Below are positions 9,798-19,135 of a stretch of 45,161 bases of DNA, piece by piece; position 1 is the first letter of the stretch; every line of letters begins with the position of its first letter. The stretch is taken from contig JBKJJJ010000021.1 of assembly GCA_046598045.1 (NCBI GenBank), forward strand, positions 1 to 45,161. Direction: 5' to 3'. The notes under the pieces were generated by a model that worked only from the letters and a program-made list of their open reading frames with translations, was not told the DNA's origin and did not search any database. A program made the position numbers and the translations under genes. This stretch comes from Candidatus Eiseniibacteriota bacterium. Its GTDB lineage: Bacteria > Eisenbacteria > RBG-16-71-46 > DASYSL01.

Positions 9798-9853
9798 CGT
9801 TTATTACTGTTTCCTACTGTTTACTAAACAACCACGCCAGGCCGACCCGAACG

Positions 9854-9888
9854 CAAGAGACCTCCCCCGCCGGGCGGCGAGGGAGGCC
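9854..9888 (-). terminator. Probable intrinsic terminator of the ABC permease operon
   Basis: Minus strand GGCCTCCCTCGCC-GCCC-GGCGGGGGAGGTC then TCTTG, ~35 nt after the stop at 9924. Confidence 0.6.
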
Positions 9889-9923
9889 AGGAACGCGTTA
9901 GGGCTTGGCCCGCGGGCGGGGTG

Positions 9924-11171
9924 TTACTCGTACCGCAGCGCGTCGATCGGATCGAGCCGCGAGGCGCGCACCGCCGGAAGCATCCCGAAGCCGATTCCGA
10001 CGGCCGAGCAGAACAGGAGCCCGATGACCGCCCACTCGAGCGGCACGCGCGGCTCGAAGTGCGTGAACACCGCCACGAGATTCCCCAGGCCGAAGCCGAG
10101 GATCACCCCCACGACGCCCCCGATGTTGCACAGGATGACCGCCTCGAGCAGGAACTGGGTGCGGATGGTCGAGGCCCGCGCGCCGAGCGCCTTGCACAGC
10201 CCGATCTCGCGCGTGCGCTCGGTCACCGAGACCAGCATGATGTTCATGATCCCGATGCCGGCGACGATCAGCGCCACGATACCGATCAGGAACGCCGCGA
10301 GCTTGATCCCCGCGCTCATCTTGTTGAACTGCGTGATCAGCGACGCGCTGTTGAAGAAGTCGAAGTTGTCCGGCTCTCCCGGCCGGACGCCGCGCTCGCG
10401 CCTGAGCAACTGTCGCGTCTGCTCGATCGCGTCATCGAGCAGCGCCGGCGTCGTCGAGCGCACGGTGATGTTGACCGAGCGCGCCATGCCATTGCGGTCG
10501 AGCGGCCCGTACACTTCGAGGAACGTGGTGACCGGGATCAGGACGTAGCTGTCGAAGTTCCCGCCGAACGCGGACTTCTTCTCGTCGAACACGCCGATCA
10601 CCTCGTACTTGCGGTGATCCACGAGCACGTCGCGGCCGATCGGATCGCTGAACGGGAACAGCTTCTTCGCGATCCCCTGCCCGATGATGGCCACGCGCGC
10701 CGCGCTGCGGATGTCCATGGGCGAGACGTTGCGCCCGAGACCGACGTAGTGCGTGTTGTTGGGCGCGTACTCGGGGGTGCCGCCCACGATCGAGACGTTC
10801 GGGTTCGTCGACTCGCCCTTGTACTCCACCGCGTAGCCGAAGTCCCACAATTCCGAGCCCACGATGTCCACGGTCGGAACCTGGTCGCGGATGAGCGCGG
10901 CCTCCCGGAGCGTGAGCGGTGGGCGGCGCATGGCGGCGCGCCGCACCGCATCCGACGCGAAGCCCCCGGCGGGCCACTTCTGCACCTGGAACGTCTGCGA
11001 TCCGAGGACGCTCATCTCGTGCTCGAACGTCGCCTGCACGAGCGCGAGCGCGGTCATGACCGCGATGATCGACGCCACGCCGAGCACGATGCCGACGAGC
11101 GTGAGCGCCGAACGCAGCCGGTTCGCCAACAGGGAGCGCAGGCAATGGGAGAACAGCTCACGCGGACTCAT
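9924..11171 (-). CDS. MacB/FtsX-family ABC transporter permease
   Basis: NRLRSALTLVGIVLGV, GIGIMNIMLVSVTERTREIG, FLLEA, LDPIDALRYE; alternative GTG start at 11192. Confidence 0.94.
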   Translation of the reverse strand: MSPRELFSHCLRSLLANRLRSALTLVGIVLGVASIIAVMTALALVQATFEHEMSVLGSQTFQVQKWPAGGFASDAVRRAAMRRPPLTLREAALIRDQVPTVDIVGSELWDFGYAVEYKGESTNPNVSIVGGTPEYAPNNTHYVGLGRNVSPMDIRSAARVAIIGQGIAKKLFPFSDPIGRDVLVDHRKYEVIGVFDEKKSAFGGNFDSYVLIPVTTFLEVYGPLDRNGMARSVNITVRSTTPALLDDAIEQTRQLLRRERGVRPGEPDNFDFFNSASLITQFNKMSAGIKLAAFLIGIVALIVAGIGIMNIMLVSVTERTREIGLCKALGARASTIRTQFLLEAVILCNIGGVVGVILGFGLGNLVAVFTHFEPRVPLEWAVIGLLFCSAVGIGFGMLPAVRASRLDPIDALRYE

Positions 11172-11188
11172 CGGGCGCGCCCCTTTCG

Positions 11189-12427
11189 TCACTCATAGCG
11201 CAGCGCCTCGACCGGATCGAGCCGGGCCCCGCGCAGCGCGGGCGCCATGCCTGCCGCCACGCCGACCAGGATCGAGACCACGACCGCGACCGCCACGATC
11301 GGCACGCTCGGGCTCGCGGGCATGAGCGTCGCGTTGATCACCGCGGCGATCATCGCCGCGAGTGCAATCCCGACGCTGCCGCCGAGCAGGCAGATCGCCG
11401 ACGACTCGAACAGGAATTGCAGCAGGATGCTCTGGCGCGTCGCGCCCAGCGCCTTGCGCACGCCGATCTCACGCGTGCGCTCGGTGACCGAGACGAACAT
11501 GATGTTCATCACCCCCACCGCGCCGACGAACAGCGAGATGCCCGTAACGAGGAGCCCCACCAGGAGCACGATGCCCATCACGTTGCTGAACGTGCCGAGC
11601 AGCGTGTCGAGCTTGTTGATCGAGAAATTGTCGGGCGCGGCGGGACGCAGCTGCCGGAGCTGGCGCATCTCGCCGATGACCATGTACTCGAGATCCGGCA
11701 CCGCCTCGGCGCTCGGCGCCTTGACCGCGATGTTCAGGTCCATCTCTCCGGCGTGGCTCCCGAACACGTTCTGGTAGGTCGTGATCGGGATGAATACCTG
11801 CCGGTCGAAGTCGGGCCCGCCCATGAAGCTGCTGCCCTGCTTCTCCATGACGCCGATCACCTCGAAATTCGTGCGCCCGATCCTGATCGCCTTGCGCAGG
11901 GGGTTCGTTCCGCGGAACAGGCCGTCCTTGAGCTCTGAGCCGATCACACACACGCGCCGCTTCGAGAACACGTCGAGCGGCATCAGGAAGCGCCCCACCT
12001 CCGGTTCGGCGGCGGACATCTGGAGCTGCTTCTCGGTCGTGCCGAGGATCGTCGCGCCCTCGGTGGTCTCCGACATGTACTTGACGTCGGAGCGCGTCGA
12101 GAGCGTCGGGTTCACGAGCGCCCGGCCCCGCAGGCGCGCCTCGAGCGCGCGCGCCTCGTGCAGGTCGAGGTGCGGCCGATTGCGGTACTGGAAGAAATCG
12201 TTGAGCACGACCCACGGCATGCGCGAGACGTAGATCACGTCCGTGCCGACGGCGGAGAGGCTCTCGCGGAAGCGGTTCTGCAGCCCGTTGACCGCCGTCA
12301 TCGTGGTCACCACCGCGACGATGCCGATCACGATGCCGAGCGTCGTGAGCGCGCCCCGGCCCTTGTTGGCGCGGAGCGCGCCGAAGGCGATCGCGAGCGA
12401 CTCGCGGGCGACGACCGGGAGCTTCAT
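11189..12427 (-). CDS. MacB/FtsX-family ABC transporter permease
   Basis: NKGRGALTTLGIVIGI, GVMNIMFVSVTERTREIGVRKALGA, LDPVEALRYE. Confidence 0.94.
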   Translation of the reverse strand: MKLPVVARESLAIAFGALRANKGRGALTTLGIVIGIVAVVTTMTAVNGLQNRFRESLSAVGTDVIYVSRMPWVVLNDFFQYRNRPHLDLHEARALEARLRGRALVNPTLSTRSDVKYMSETTEGATILGTTEKQLQMSAAEPEVGRFLMPLDVFSKRRVCVIGSELKDGLFRGTNPLRKAIRIGRTNFEVIGVMEKQGSSFMGGPDFDRQVFIPITTYQNVFGSHAGEMDLNIAVKAPSAEAVPDLEYMVIGEMRQLRQLRPAAPDNFSINKLDTLLGTFSNVMGIVLLVGLLVTGISLFVGAVGVMNIMFVSVTERTREIGVRKALGATRQSILLQFLFESSAICLLGGSVGIALAAMIAAVINATLMPASPSVPIVAVAVVVSILVGVAAGMAPALRGARLDPVEALRYE

Positions 12428-12438
12428 GGGTCGCTCTC

Positions 12439-13713
12439 CTATTGCCTTGCCGCGGTCGCGTCGGGCTTCTCGGGCGAGCGCTCGTTGTTGATGCGGACGA
12501 CCGCGCCGTTGGCGAGATCCTTCGAGATCGCGCGGTAGCTGCCGGAGACGACCTCGTCGCCCTCCTTGAGACCGCTCAGGATCTCGATCAGGTCCTGGCT
12601 CTGGATGCCGGTCGTGACCTGCCGGGCGACGGCGTGGCCGTTCTCGACGCCGAACACGACCTCGACGAAGCCGTCGCGGTCGGGCTTGTAGCGGGCGGCG
12701 GCGGCCTTGTGCTTCTCACCCTTTTTCATGAGCTGGTCGACCGTGCGCAGCGCGACGCACTGCAAGGGGACGCTGAGCGCGCTCGCATTGGTCCTGGTCA
12801 CGATGTCCGCCGTCGCCGTCATCCCGGGCCGCAGCGTCGTGGGCGGATCCGTGATGCCGATCTTGATCTCGAACTCGGTCTTCTGCTCGGTCGTGCCCTG
12901 ACCCGACGCGTTCGCGCTGCTGCCGATCTCGCGCACGACGCCGGTGAGCTTCTGCCCGGGCAGCGCGTCCACCTGGATCTCGGCGGTCTCGCCGGGCTTG
13001 ATGTTGACGATGTCGTTCTCGTCGACGTTGACCTGGGCTTCCATCACGGACAGGTCGGCGATGACGAGGATGAGGTCGGACTGGAACTGCGAGCCGAGCG
13101 CGATCTCCCCCGCCTCTTTCCGGAGCTCGCTGACCGTGCCGGACATGGGGGCGTAGATCGTGGTCTTGGAGAGATCGACGCGCGCCTGCTTGAGCGCGGC
13201 CCGCGCCTGCGCGACCTGCTCGATCGCCGCCCGGTGGCGCGGCACCTCGACCTGGTAGGCAGTCTGCTTGGCGTCGAAGATCGACTGCGCCTCGAGGCCG
13301 CGGGCGAGCAACGACTTCGAGCGCTCGAACTCGCGCTGCGCGTTGTCCATGTTCTGGCTGGTGAGCGTGGCGTTCGCCTGGGCGGAGCGCACGCTCGCCT
13401 CGGCGCTCTCGACCGCGGCGAGATAGCGATCCCGGTCGAGCGTCACGAGGAGCGTGCCCTTCTCGACCCACTGCCCTTCCTTGACGGCCAGATGCGTGAT
13501 GCGCGCGCTCACGTCGGCGCTGATCTTGACCTGGGTCTGGGGCTGGATCTTGCCCGTGCCGTTGACGGTCTGGACGATCCGCTGCCGGCTCACCCTGGAG
13601 GTCTGGACCTCGGGGTCCTTCCCCCCGCGCGCGCGGGCCACGAAGACGGCGGCGACGCCCGCCACGACGATGAGTGCGAGCGCCAGCCAGAGGAATCGCC
13701 GTTTCACTTTCAC
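12439..13713 (-). CDS. Periplasmic adaptor / membrane fusion protein (MacA/YknX-like)
   Basis: N-terminal TM helix, VKEGQWVEKG lipoyl-like half, coiled-coil hairpin, IYAPMSGTV, LRPGMTA, GLKEGDEVV. Confidence 0.93.
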   Translation of the reverse strand: MKVKRRFLWLALALIVVAGVAAVFVARARGGKDPEVQTSRVSRQRIVQTVNGTGKIQPQTQVKISADVSARITHLAVKEGQWVEKGTLLVTLDRDRYLAAVESAEASVRSAQANATLTSQNMDNAQREFERSKSLLARGLEAQSIFDAKQTAYQVEVPRHRAAIEQVAQARAALKQARVDLSKTTIYAPMSGTVSELRKEAGEIALGSQFQSDLILVIADLSVMEAQVNVDENDIVNIKPGETAEIQVDALPGQKLTGVVREIGSSANASGQGTTEQKTEFEIKIGITDPPTTLRPGMTATADIVTRTNASALSVPLQCVALRTVDQLMKKGEKHKAAAARYKPDRDGFVEVVFGVENGHAVARQVTTGIQSQDLIEILSGLKEGDEVVSGSYRAISKDLANGAVVRINNERSPEKPDATAARQ

Positions 13714-13769
13714 GCGGGCTCCAGGGTCAAGAGGGTCGAACTGGGGGTCTTCGGCAGGTTACTCGATCG

Positions 13770-13797
13770 GATACGGAGATCGGGGGCATTCGGTTCC
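13770..13797 (-). promoter_or_regulatory. ECF sigma-factor promoter upstream of the MFP-permease operon
   Basis: Minus strand GGAACC (13797-13792) - 16 nt - CGTATC (13775-13770), matching the AAC/CGT ECF consensus. Confidence 0.6.
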
Positions 13798-13949
13798 CGG
13801 GCGGGCCCAGGTCCGGAGCCTGCCAGCTCCAAGGGCCGGGCAGCGAATTTCCCGCGCCGCGCTGTTGGACGCAAGTCAAGTCCGGGTGTACGATTTCGGC
13901 CCGTTTGGACGGGGGAATTCGCCCCTCGACCTGGAATCGGAGACTGATC

Positions 13950-14837
13950 ATGCACTTGCTGCGCAACTCCACGAGGCGATTCGGCGGATGGCTCGAGGTG
14001 ACCCGGACGATTGCCCTCGCCGTCCTGCTCGCCGGACCCGCGGCGGCGTCTCCGCCCTCCCACGATCCGGGCTACTGCTGGTTTCCTCTGATCATCGCCG
14101 ATCGATGGTTGGATGATGCTTCGATCCCGGGCTTCACCGGCGGCGAGCGCAAGGCACCGGACTGGCGAAACAACGGCGTGCTCGACCACGAATCCTTCAC
14201 CGACTTGAACCAGAGCGGTGTTTTCGAGCCGGGTGAACCGTTTGCCGATGCGAATGGAAACGGGATTTTCGACTCCGAGGTTTACGGCCCGCTACTCACA
14301 GGCTACGTCCCGGTCCCGACCCCGGGGAATCTCGTCTCGCCGGGCGGCGACCTGGGCCTGCGGATCGCGCTCACGCCGGCATCCTCGCGGGGCGACGAGC
14401 GTCCCGGGCACTACCTCACCATCCAGGAGAACTGTCTCAGCACGTGGGTCGTCTTCGATCGCGCGAGCGGCGCAGACCTGCGGACCGTGGACCGCCTGCT
14501 TCAACGTCTGATCGCCGCTGACCCAGCCGCTGCGTGGGATCCGCTGACGCAACAGATCGTGGGCTCGACGGGTGGGTGCCGGTCGCCCCGCGTGATCTCC
14601 ATGCCTTTGTACGACCCGCGCGTTCCACTCTTTGGAGCGCACGACATCGTGGTTCCCACGAAGGCAATTCCCGCCTTCCTGGAAAGCGCCTCTGGCAAGG
14701 GCGAGGCCACCCTGATTGTCCTCCCGCCATCCGCATTTTCACCCTATCTTGGGCTCGCGCCGACGGGCGACTCTCCCGCGGTTGTGACCGCTCCCGCCAT
14801 CGTCCCATGGGGTCGCGTCAAGGCGAGTTATCGATAA
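13950..14837 (+). CDS. Secreted hypothetical protein with acidic D-x-N-G-N-G loops and C-terminal WGRVKASYR tail
   Basis: ATG at 13950 after GGAG; hydrophobic IALAVLLAGPAAA; FTDLNQSGVFEPGEPFADANGNGIFD; ends PWGRVKASYR. Confidence 0.75.
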   Translation: MHLLRNSTRRFGGWLEVTRTIALAVLLAGPAAASPPSHDPGYCWFPLIIADRWLDDASIPGFTGGERKAPDWRNNGVLDHESFTDLNQSGVFEPGEPFADANGNGIFDSEVYGPLLTGYVPVPTPGNLVSPGGDLGLRIALTPASSRGDERPGHYLTIQENCLSTWVVFDRASGADLRTVDRLLQRLIAADPAAAWDPLTQQIVGSTGGCRSPRVISMPLYDPRVPLFGAHDIVVPTKAIPAFLESASGKGEATLIVLPPSAFSPYLGLAPTGDSPAVVTAPAIVPWGRVKASYR

Positions 14838-14925
14838 ACCCGTCCGCCTCGTCACCCATCTCGCCTCGAACGCCTGACCAAACCCTCACCGCTTTGATCC
14901 GGAGTTCAAGTCCTTGCGGCCGGAC

Positions 14926-15450
14926 TCACGGTTCGCCTCGCTGGATCCCCCCGGGGCGCTGATTCCGAAACGGCTGGGCCGGATCGAGCACCAGCCAGAG
15001 CGCAACGGGGAGCATACGTACCGCCGCAATCGAGCAGAGCGCCACCCACTCGATGGGTTCGCGCGAGACGGTCGTCATGTACCCGCGCTGGATGCAGATC
15101 ACGACCAGCGCGATCACGGCTCCCGCAAACAGCTCGAGCGCCAGCAGGCTTGCGACGGCGCGTTTCCAGCGATCGCGCCACGAGTGCCGGGTCGAGGCGA
15201 ACCAGAGTCCCAACGAGAGCGGCACGCCGCCGAGCACGTAGGGATCCTCCAACCGCAGCGCGCTGGACGTGCCCGAGTAGGAGATCGTCCGCCCGAGAAG
15301 AGTGGGTGGCTCCTCGGGCGGGACCTGCAACGCCAGCAGGATCCCGTACGCCGACCAGCCCGGCAGGGCGAGGACACTCCACGGGGAAACCCACGTCAGG
15401 GCGAATCCCAGGAGAGAGCCGACCAGGAATCTAGCCAGCGCGCGCGGCAC
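14926..15450 (-). CDS. Exosortase-associated multi-pass membrane protein
   Basis: 174 aa, about 4-5 hydrophobic segments; start overlaps the end of the exosortase gene. Confidence 0.65.
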   Translation of the reverse strand: MPRALARFLVGSLLGFALTWVSPWSVLALPGWSAYGILLALQVPPEEPPTLLGRTISYSGTSSALRLEDPYVLGGVPLSLGLWFASTRHSWRDRWKRAVASLLALELFAGAVIALVVICIQRGYMTTVSREPIEWVALCSIAAVRMLPVALWLVLDPAQPFRNQRPGGIQRGEP

Positions 15451-15961
15451 GCCCGAGCCTCACGGTCCAGAACCACGCCAGCGCCACGGTGAGGCCCACC
15501 ATGCCCACCTGCCAGACATAGTCATGGCTGAACTCCGACCAGCCCGGCGCGTAGCGGTCCACCACCGCGGATGCGAGCAGTCGGGCGAAATTGACCATGG
15601 AGATCGCAGCGGCAGCGAGTCCGAAGCCCCAGGCGCGGGCGAAACCCGAAGCGGGGTAGGCGAGGCAGAACGCCCCGAAGAGTCCGATCAGGGCGATCCC
15701 CGTACACTCGGGTCCGACCACGAACGTCCCGCCGTCGAAGGTGACAACCAGACCGGGATGAGCCGCGCCGTGCCAGCCCATGGCAAACAGCGACCCGGCC
15801 ACGGCCCGGGAGAGCAATCGGGCGACGGGCAAGTTCCCCTCGGGAAAGAGGAGCTGCTCGAGCCCGAACAGCACGGCGAGAGCACCGAAGCGAAATGCGA
15901 AGGCGGAAGCGCCCGAGGGACCCGCGCGGGACAGGGTCGCGCGTGCGGGTTCCCGGCTCAC
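15431..15961 (-). CDS. xrtH: Exosortase/archaeosortase-family protein, XrtH-like
   Basis: Catalytic-type Cys (VGPECTG), Arg (VNFARL) and His (FSHDYVWQ) in a short multi-TM protein; LAYPA motif; adjacent to an IPTL-CTERM-like gene. Confidence 0.82.
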   Translation of the reverse strand: MSREPARATLSRAGPSGASAFAFRFGALAVLFGLEQLLFPEGNLPVARLLSRAVAGSLFAMGWHGAAHPGLVVTFDGGTFVVGPECTGIALIGLFGAFCLAYPASGFARAWGFGLAAAAISMVNFARLLASAVVDRYAPGWSEFSHDYVWQVGMVGLTVALAWFWTVRLGRAARAG

Positions 15962-15980
15962 GGTCGCCGACCCTCTCCCG

Positions 15981-16223
15981 CTAACCGTTCGCTCCGCGCC
16001 GGACTCTTCGGCTCATCATGACAGCACCGAGGGCTCCGAGCGCCGTGCCGACGACGAGGAATCCCCATTCGGAGACGGTGGCCCGAATGGGTCCCCCTGC
16101 AGGAGTTTCCACGGGTGCCGCGTCGGGGCGGGCCGGCGCCCGCCCGGCCCGTGCGGACGTCGGGCCGGCAGCGAGGACGAAGAGGATGAAGCCCAAGGAT
16201 GGAATTAGCAGGCGCGCTCGCAT
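15981..16223 (-). CDS. 80-aa protein: signal peptide, short linker, IPTL-CTERM-like sorting signal
   Basis: AGGGAG RBS; MRARLLIPSLGFILFVLAAGPTSARA; IRATVSEWG followed by TM helix FLVVGTALGALGAVMM and basic tail SRRVRR. Confidence 0.78.
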   Translation of the reverse strand: MRARLLIPSLGFILFVLAAGPTSARAGRAPARPDAAPVETPAGGPIRATVSEWGFLVVGTALGALGAVMMSRRVRRGANG

Positions 16224-16290
16224 GACAGTCTCCCTTCGGTTGGGAACCGCGGTCGGATCGGGGGGCGTTGAGTATACACCATCCGGCGGT

Positions 16291-18987
16291 TCACTTCGCC
16301 CGCGGCAGCCTGGTCCAGTCGAGGTCCACGCGAATGGAGTTTGGCCGTTCCTCGCGGGCCGCGACCGAGAGCAGGAAGCGCTGTCCGTCCGGCGCGGCAT
16401 CCCATGTGGCCATGCCAGGGCGCGTGAAGAGGGGATGCGCCGGACCGGTGGCGACTCCGCCCGCGGGATCGACGGGAAGGGCGAACACCGTGACCCCATC
16501 CGGGCCCCGCCGATCGTAGAGGAGTTCGCGTCCGCCCGGGCCCCACGCCGTGTTCCCGATGCTTGCACTGACGATACGCTTCTGGCTGAGCGGCCGATCG
16601 AACGGCGCCAGGTAGATCTCCACCGATTCCGACGTGGAGCTTTCCACCGCGAGCGTGCGTCCGTCCGGGGAGACGGTCGCGTCCGTGTACGACGGGTCGT
16701 CGAGCAGGGCGCGGGGCGGGCGACCCGAGCCGGGCTCGGCCGCGAACAAGTCCCACCCCGTCTGCTCGGCCAGCGCGATGTAGAGCAGCGTCCGGCCGCC
16801 CGGGAGGACTCCGCGCAGGCGCTTGAACTGGTGATCCGACGTCGGGATGAGCCTCGGCCCCCCCGAACGCGCGAGCGACTGCTGGTAGAACTCGTCGCGG
16901 CCCGTCAAGTTGGAGCACATGTAGAACGACTCGCCGTCGGGCGCCCAGAGCGGCGAGTAACTGTCGATCCCGGCAGGCGACACGCGCAGCGCTCCGCCCC
17001 GATCCGGATCGAAGTACATCACTTCGCTGACGCCGGTGGAGCGCTGGCGCTCCGCGAGGACGCGATGTCCGTCCGGCCCGATGACGACGTCGGCATACTG
17101 GCCGTCGGGCGCTTCGAGCGTCTCCAGCCGCCGGCCCGCGCGATCGACCCATTCGAGGCGCGAATCCACGAGGTTGTAGGGCAGCCAGGCCAGCCGGCCG
17201 TTGCGCGACGCCGAGACGATGGTTCCGCCGGTGGTGTTCGTCAGCGCCGGCTCGTCCGCGATCTCGAAGGGCTCGCCGGTCAGCTTGCGCGAACCGGCGT
17301 CGAAGGGCTGGGCCATCAACTTGCCGTCCCGCGCGAACAGGAGGAAGCCCGGGGCGGCGTACGAGGCCCCCGTCACGGGCAGGGTCACCAGCCGCTCCGA
17401 CTTTCCCGAACGCAGCGAACCGACAAAGACCTCGATTCCCTGCTTTCGCCGCGGCAATGCGGAGTAGAGAAAGTGATCGCCATCGGGCAGGAACTGCGGC
17501 ACCCGGTGGGCGCTCTGGCTGCGGGTCGAGTCGAGGATTGTCGCCTGCGTGACCTCGCCCCCGGACGCGCGGACGCGGAACAGCGGGCCGCTCGGCGCGG
17601 GGGCGAAGAGAATCACGCCATCGGCGTTCCAGGTGCCGCCTCGTCCGTCGGTGGCCGGGGCGATCGCCGCCGGCGATCCGCCCGCGAGCGACGCCTTCCA
17701 CAGGCGCCCCTCCTCGCCGGTGGTGAAGTAGGCGATGGTCCGGCTGTCCGGCGACCAGAAGGGAGTGCGGATCACGGACGCGGATTGGACGAGGACGCGC
17801 GCCCGGGCCGCGGCTAGCGGCCGAACCCAGAGCGTCGTTCCCGTCGAATCGAAGACCACGTAAGCGAGGTTCTCGCCGTCGGGCGAAAGGGCCACGTCCA
17901 CCGGATCGGGGTTGATGCTTCCGGCCCCGTCGTGGAGCACCGTGAGCCGGACGGGCGATTCCGGGCGGCCCCGGCCCAGCATCAACCCGAGGAGCCCCGC
18001 AAGCGCCATGCCCACGACCAGCGGAATGGCCCGGGTCCACCCGCCCCGCAACAGCGCCCGCGGGCCTCGGGCACGCAGGATCCCGCCCGCGCCGGCCACC
18101 CCGGGCGCGATCGCGCTGGCCTGCGAACCCGACGCCAGAATCCACGCCAGCTCGCGCCGCAGATCGCCAGCGCTCTGCCAGCGGTCGTCCGGGTCCTTCG
18201 CCAGGCACTGTTGCACCGCGCGGTCGAGCGCGGGCGGGCTCATCGCCGCAAGCTCGCCGATGGGCCGCGGCTCGTCTTTCATGATCGCGCTGATCAGGCT
18301 CGCCTGGCTCGCGCCGTCGAAGGCGCGCTTCGCGGTCGCCATCTCGTAGAACACGCAGCCCAGCGCCCACAGGTCGCTGCGCGCGTCCGCCTCGGCACCC
18401 TCGAGCTGCTCCGGCGCCATGTACTGGAAGGTGCCGACGAGGTGGCCTTCCTTCGTCAGCGGCATGGTCATCGTGGGCGAGATCGCACGATCCCCCGCCG
18501 CGGGGCCCAACGACGCGCTGCGCGCCAGGCCGAAGTCGAGGAGCTTGGCACCGCTCTTCGTCAGCATGATGTTGCCCGGCTTGAGGTCCCTGTGCACGAT
18601 GCCGGCCCGGTGCGCCTTCTCGAGTGCGTCGGCGATCTGCATGCCATAGCGCAGGACCTCGCCCGTGGGGAGCGGACCGCGGGCAAGGCGAGCGGCCAGC
18701 GTCTCGCCCTCGACCATCTCGAGGACGAGGTAGTCGGTCTCGCCCTCGCGGCCGACGTCATAGAGCGTGCAGATGTTCGGGTGGTTGAGGCTCGAGATCG
18801 TCTTTGCTTCACGCTCAAAGCGGGCCCGCAGCGCTTCATCGGCCGCGAAGGCGGCGGGGAGCACCTTGATCGCCACGTCGCGGCCGAGACGCGTATCCCG
18901 GGCGCGCCACACCTCGCCCATGCCGCCCGCGCCCAGTGGGGCGGTGATCTCGTAAGGGCCGAGACGCGTGCCGGGAGCGATCGTCAT
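16291..18987 (-). CDS. Hanks-type Ser/Thr kinase with TM segment and TolB/PD40-like beta-propeller
   Basis: MTIAPGTRLGPYEI, GAGGMGEV, VAIK, HRDLKPGN, DFG, GTFQYMAPE; repeated SPDG/WSPDS units. Confidence 0.95.
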   Translation of the reverse strand: MTIAPGTRLGPYEITAPLGAGGMGEVWRARDTRLGRDVAIKVLPAAFAADEALRARFEREAKTISSLNHPNICTLYDVGREGETDYLVLEMVEGETLAARLARGPLPTGEVLRYGMQIADALEKAHRAGIVHRDLKPGNIMLTKSGAKLLDFGLARSASLGPAAGDRAISPTMTMPLTKEGHLVGTFQYMAPEQLEGAEADARSDLWALGCVFYEMATAKRAFDGASQASLISAIMKDEPRPIGELAAMSPPALDRAVQQCLAKDPDDRWQSAGDLRRELAWILASGSQASAIAPGVAGAGGILRARGPRALLRGGWTRAIPLVVGMALAGLLGLMLGRGRPESPVRLTVLHDGAGSINPDPVDVALSPDGENLAYVVFDSTGTTLWVRPLAAARARVLVQSASVIRTPFWSPDSRTIAYFTTGEEGRLWKASLAGGSPAAIAPATDGRGGTWNADGVILFAPAPSGPLFRVRASGGEVTQATILDSTRSQSAHRVPQFLPDGDHFLYSALPRRKQGIEVFVGSLRSGKSERLVTLPVTGASYAAPGFLLFARDGKLMAQPFDAGSRKLTGEPFEIADEPALTNTTGGTIVSASRNGRLAWLPYNLVDSRLEWVDRAGRRLETLEAPDGQYADVVIGPDGHRVLAERQRSTGVSEVMYFDPDRGGALRVSPAGIDSYSPLWAPDGESFYMCSNLTGRDEFYQQSLARSGGPRLIPTSDHQFKRLRGVLPGGRTLLYIALAEQTGWDLFAAEPGSGRPPRALLDDPSYTDATVSPDGRTLAVESSTSESVEIYLAPFDRPLSQKRIVSASIGNTAWGPGGRELLYDRRGPDGVTVFALPVDPAGGVATGPAHPLFTRPGMATWDAAPDGQRFLLSVAAREERPNSIRVDLDWTRLPRAK

Positions 18988-19135
18988 CGGGGCTGCGAAG
19001 AGCCGGGCGTGGTCATGGGTGTCGCCAAGAATAGAACCCCCGGGGCGAGTCGCGCCAGACGGGAATGCGGTGCGGGAAAACTTACGTCCGCATCGGGATT
19101 GAAGGCCGTTCTGCGAATGTGTACCGTGGCGCGGC

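Noticed and set aside
16243..16270. GGAACC-N17-CGTTG ECF-like motif on the plus strand
   Set aside because: Points antisense into the kinase 3' end with no gene to drive; may be chance.
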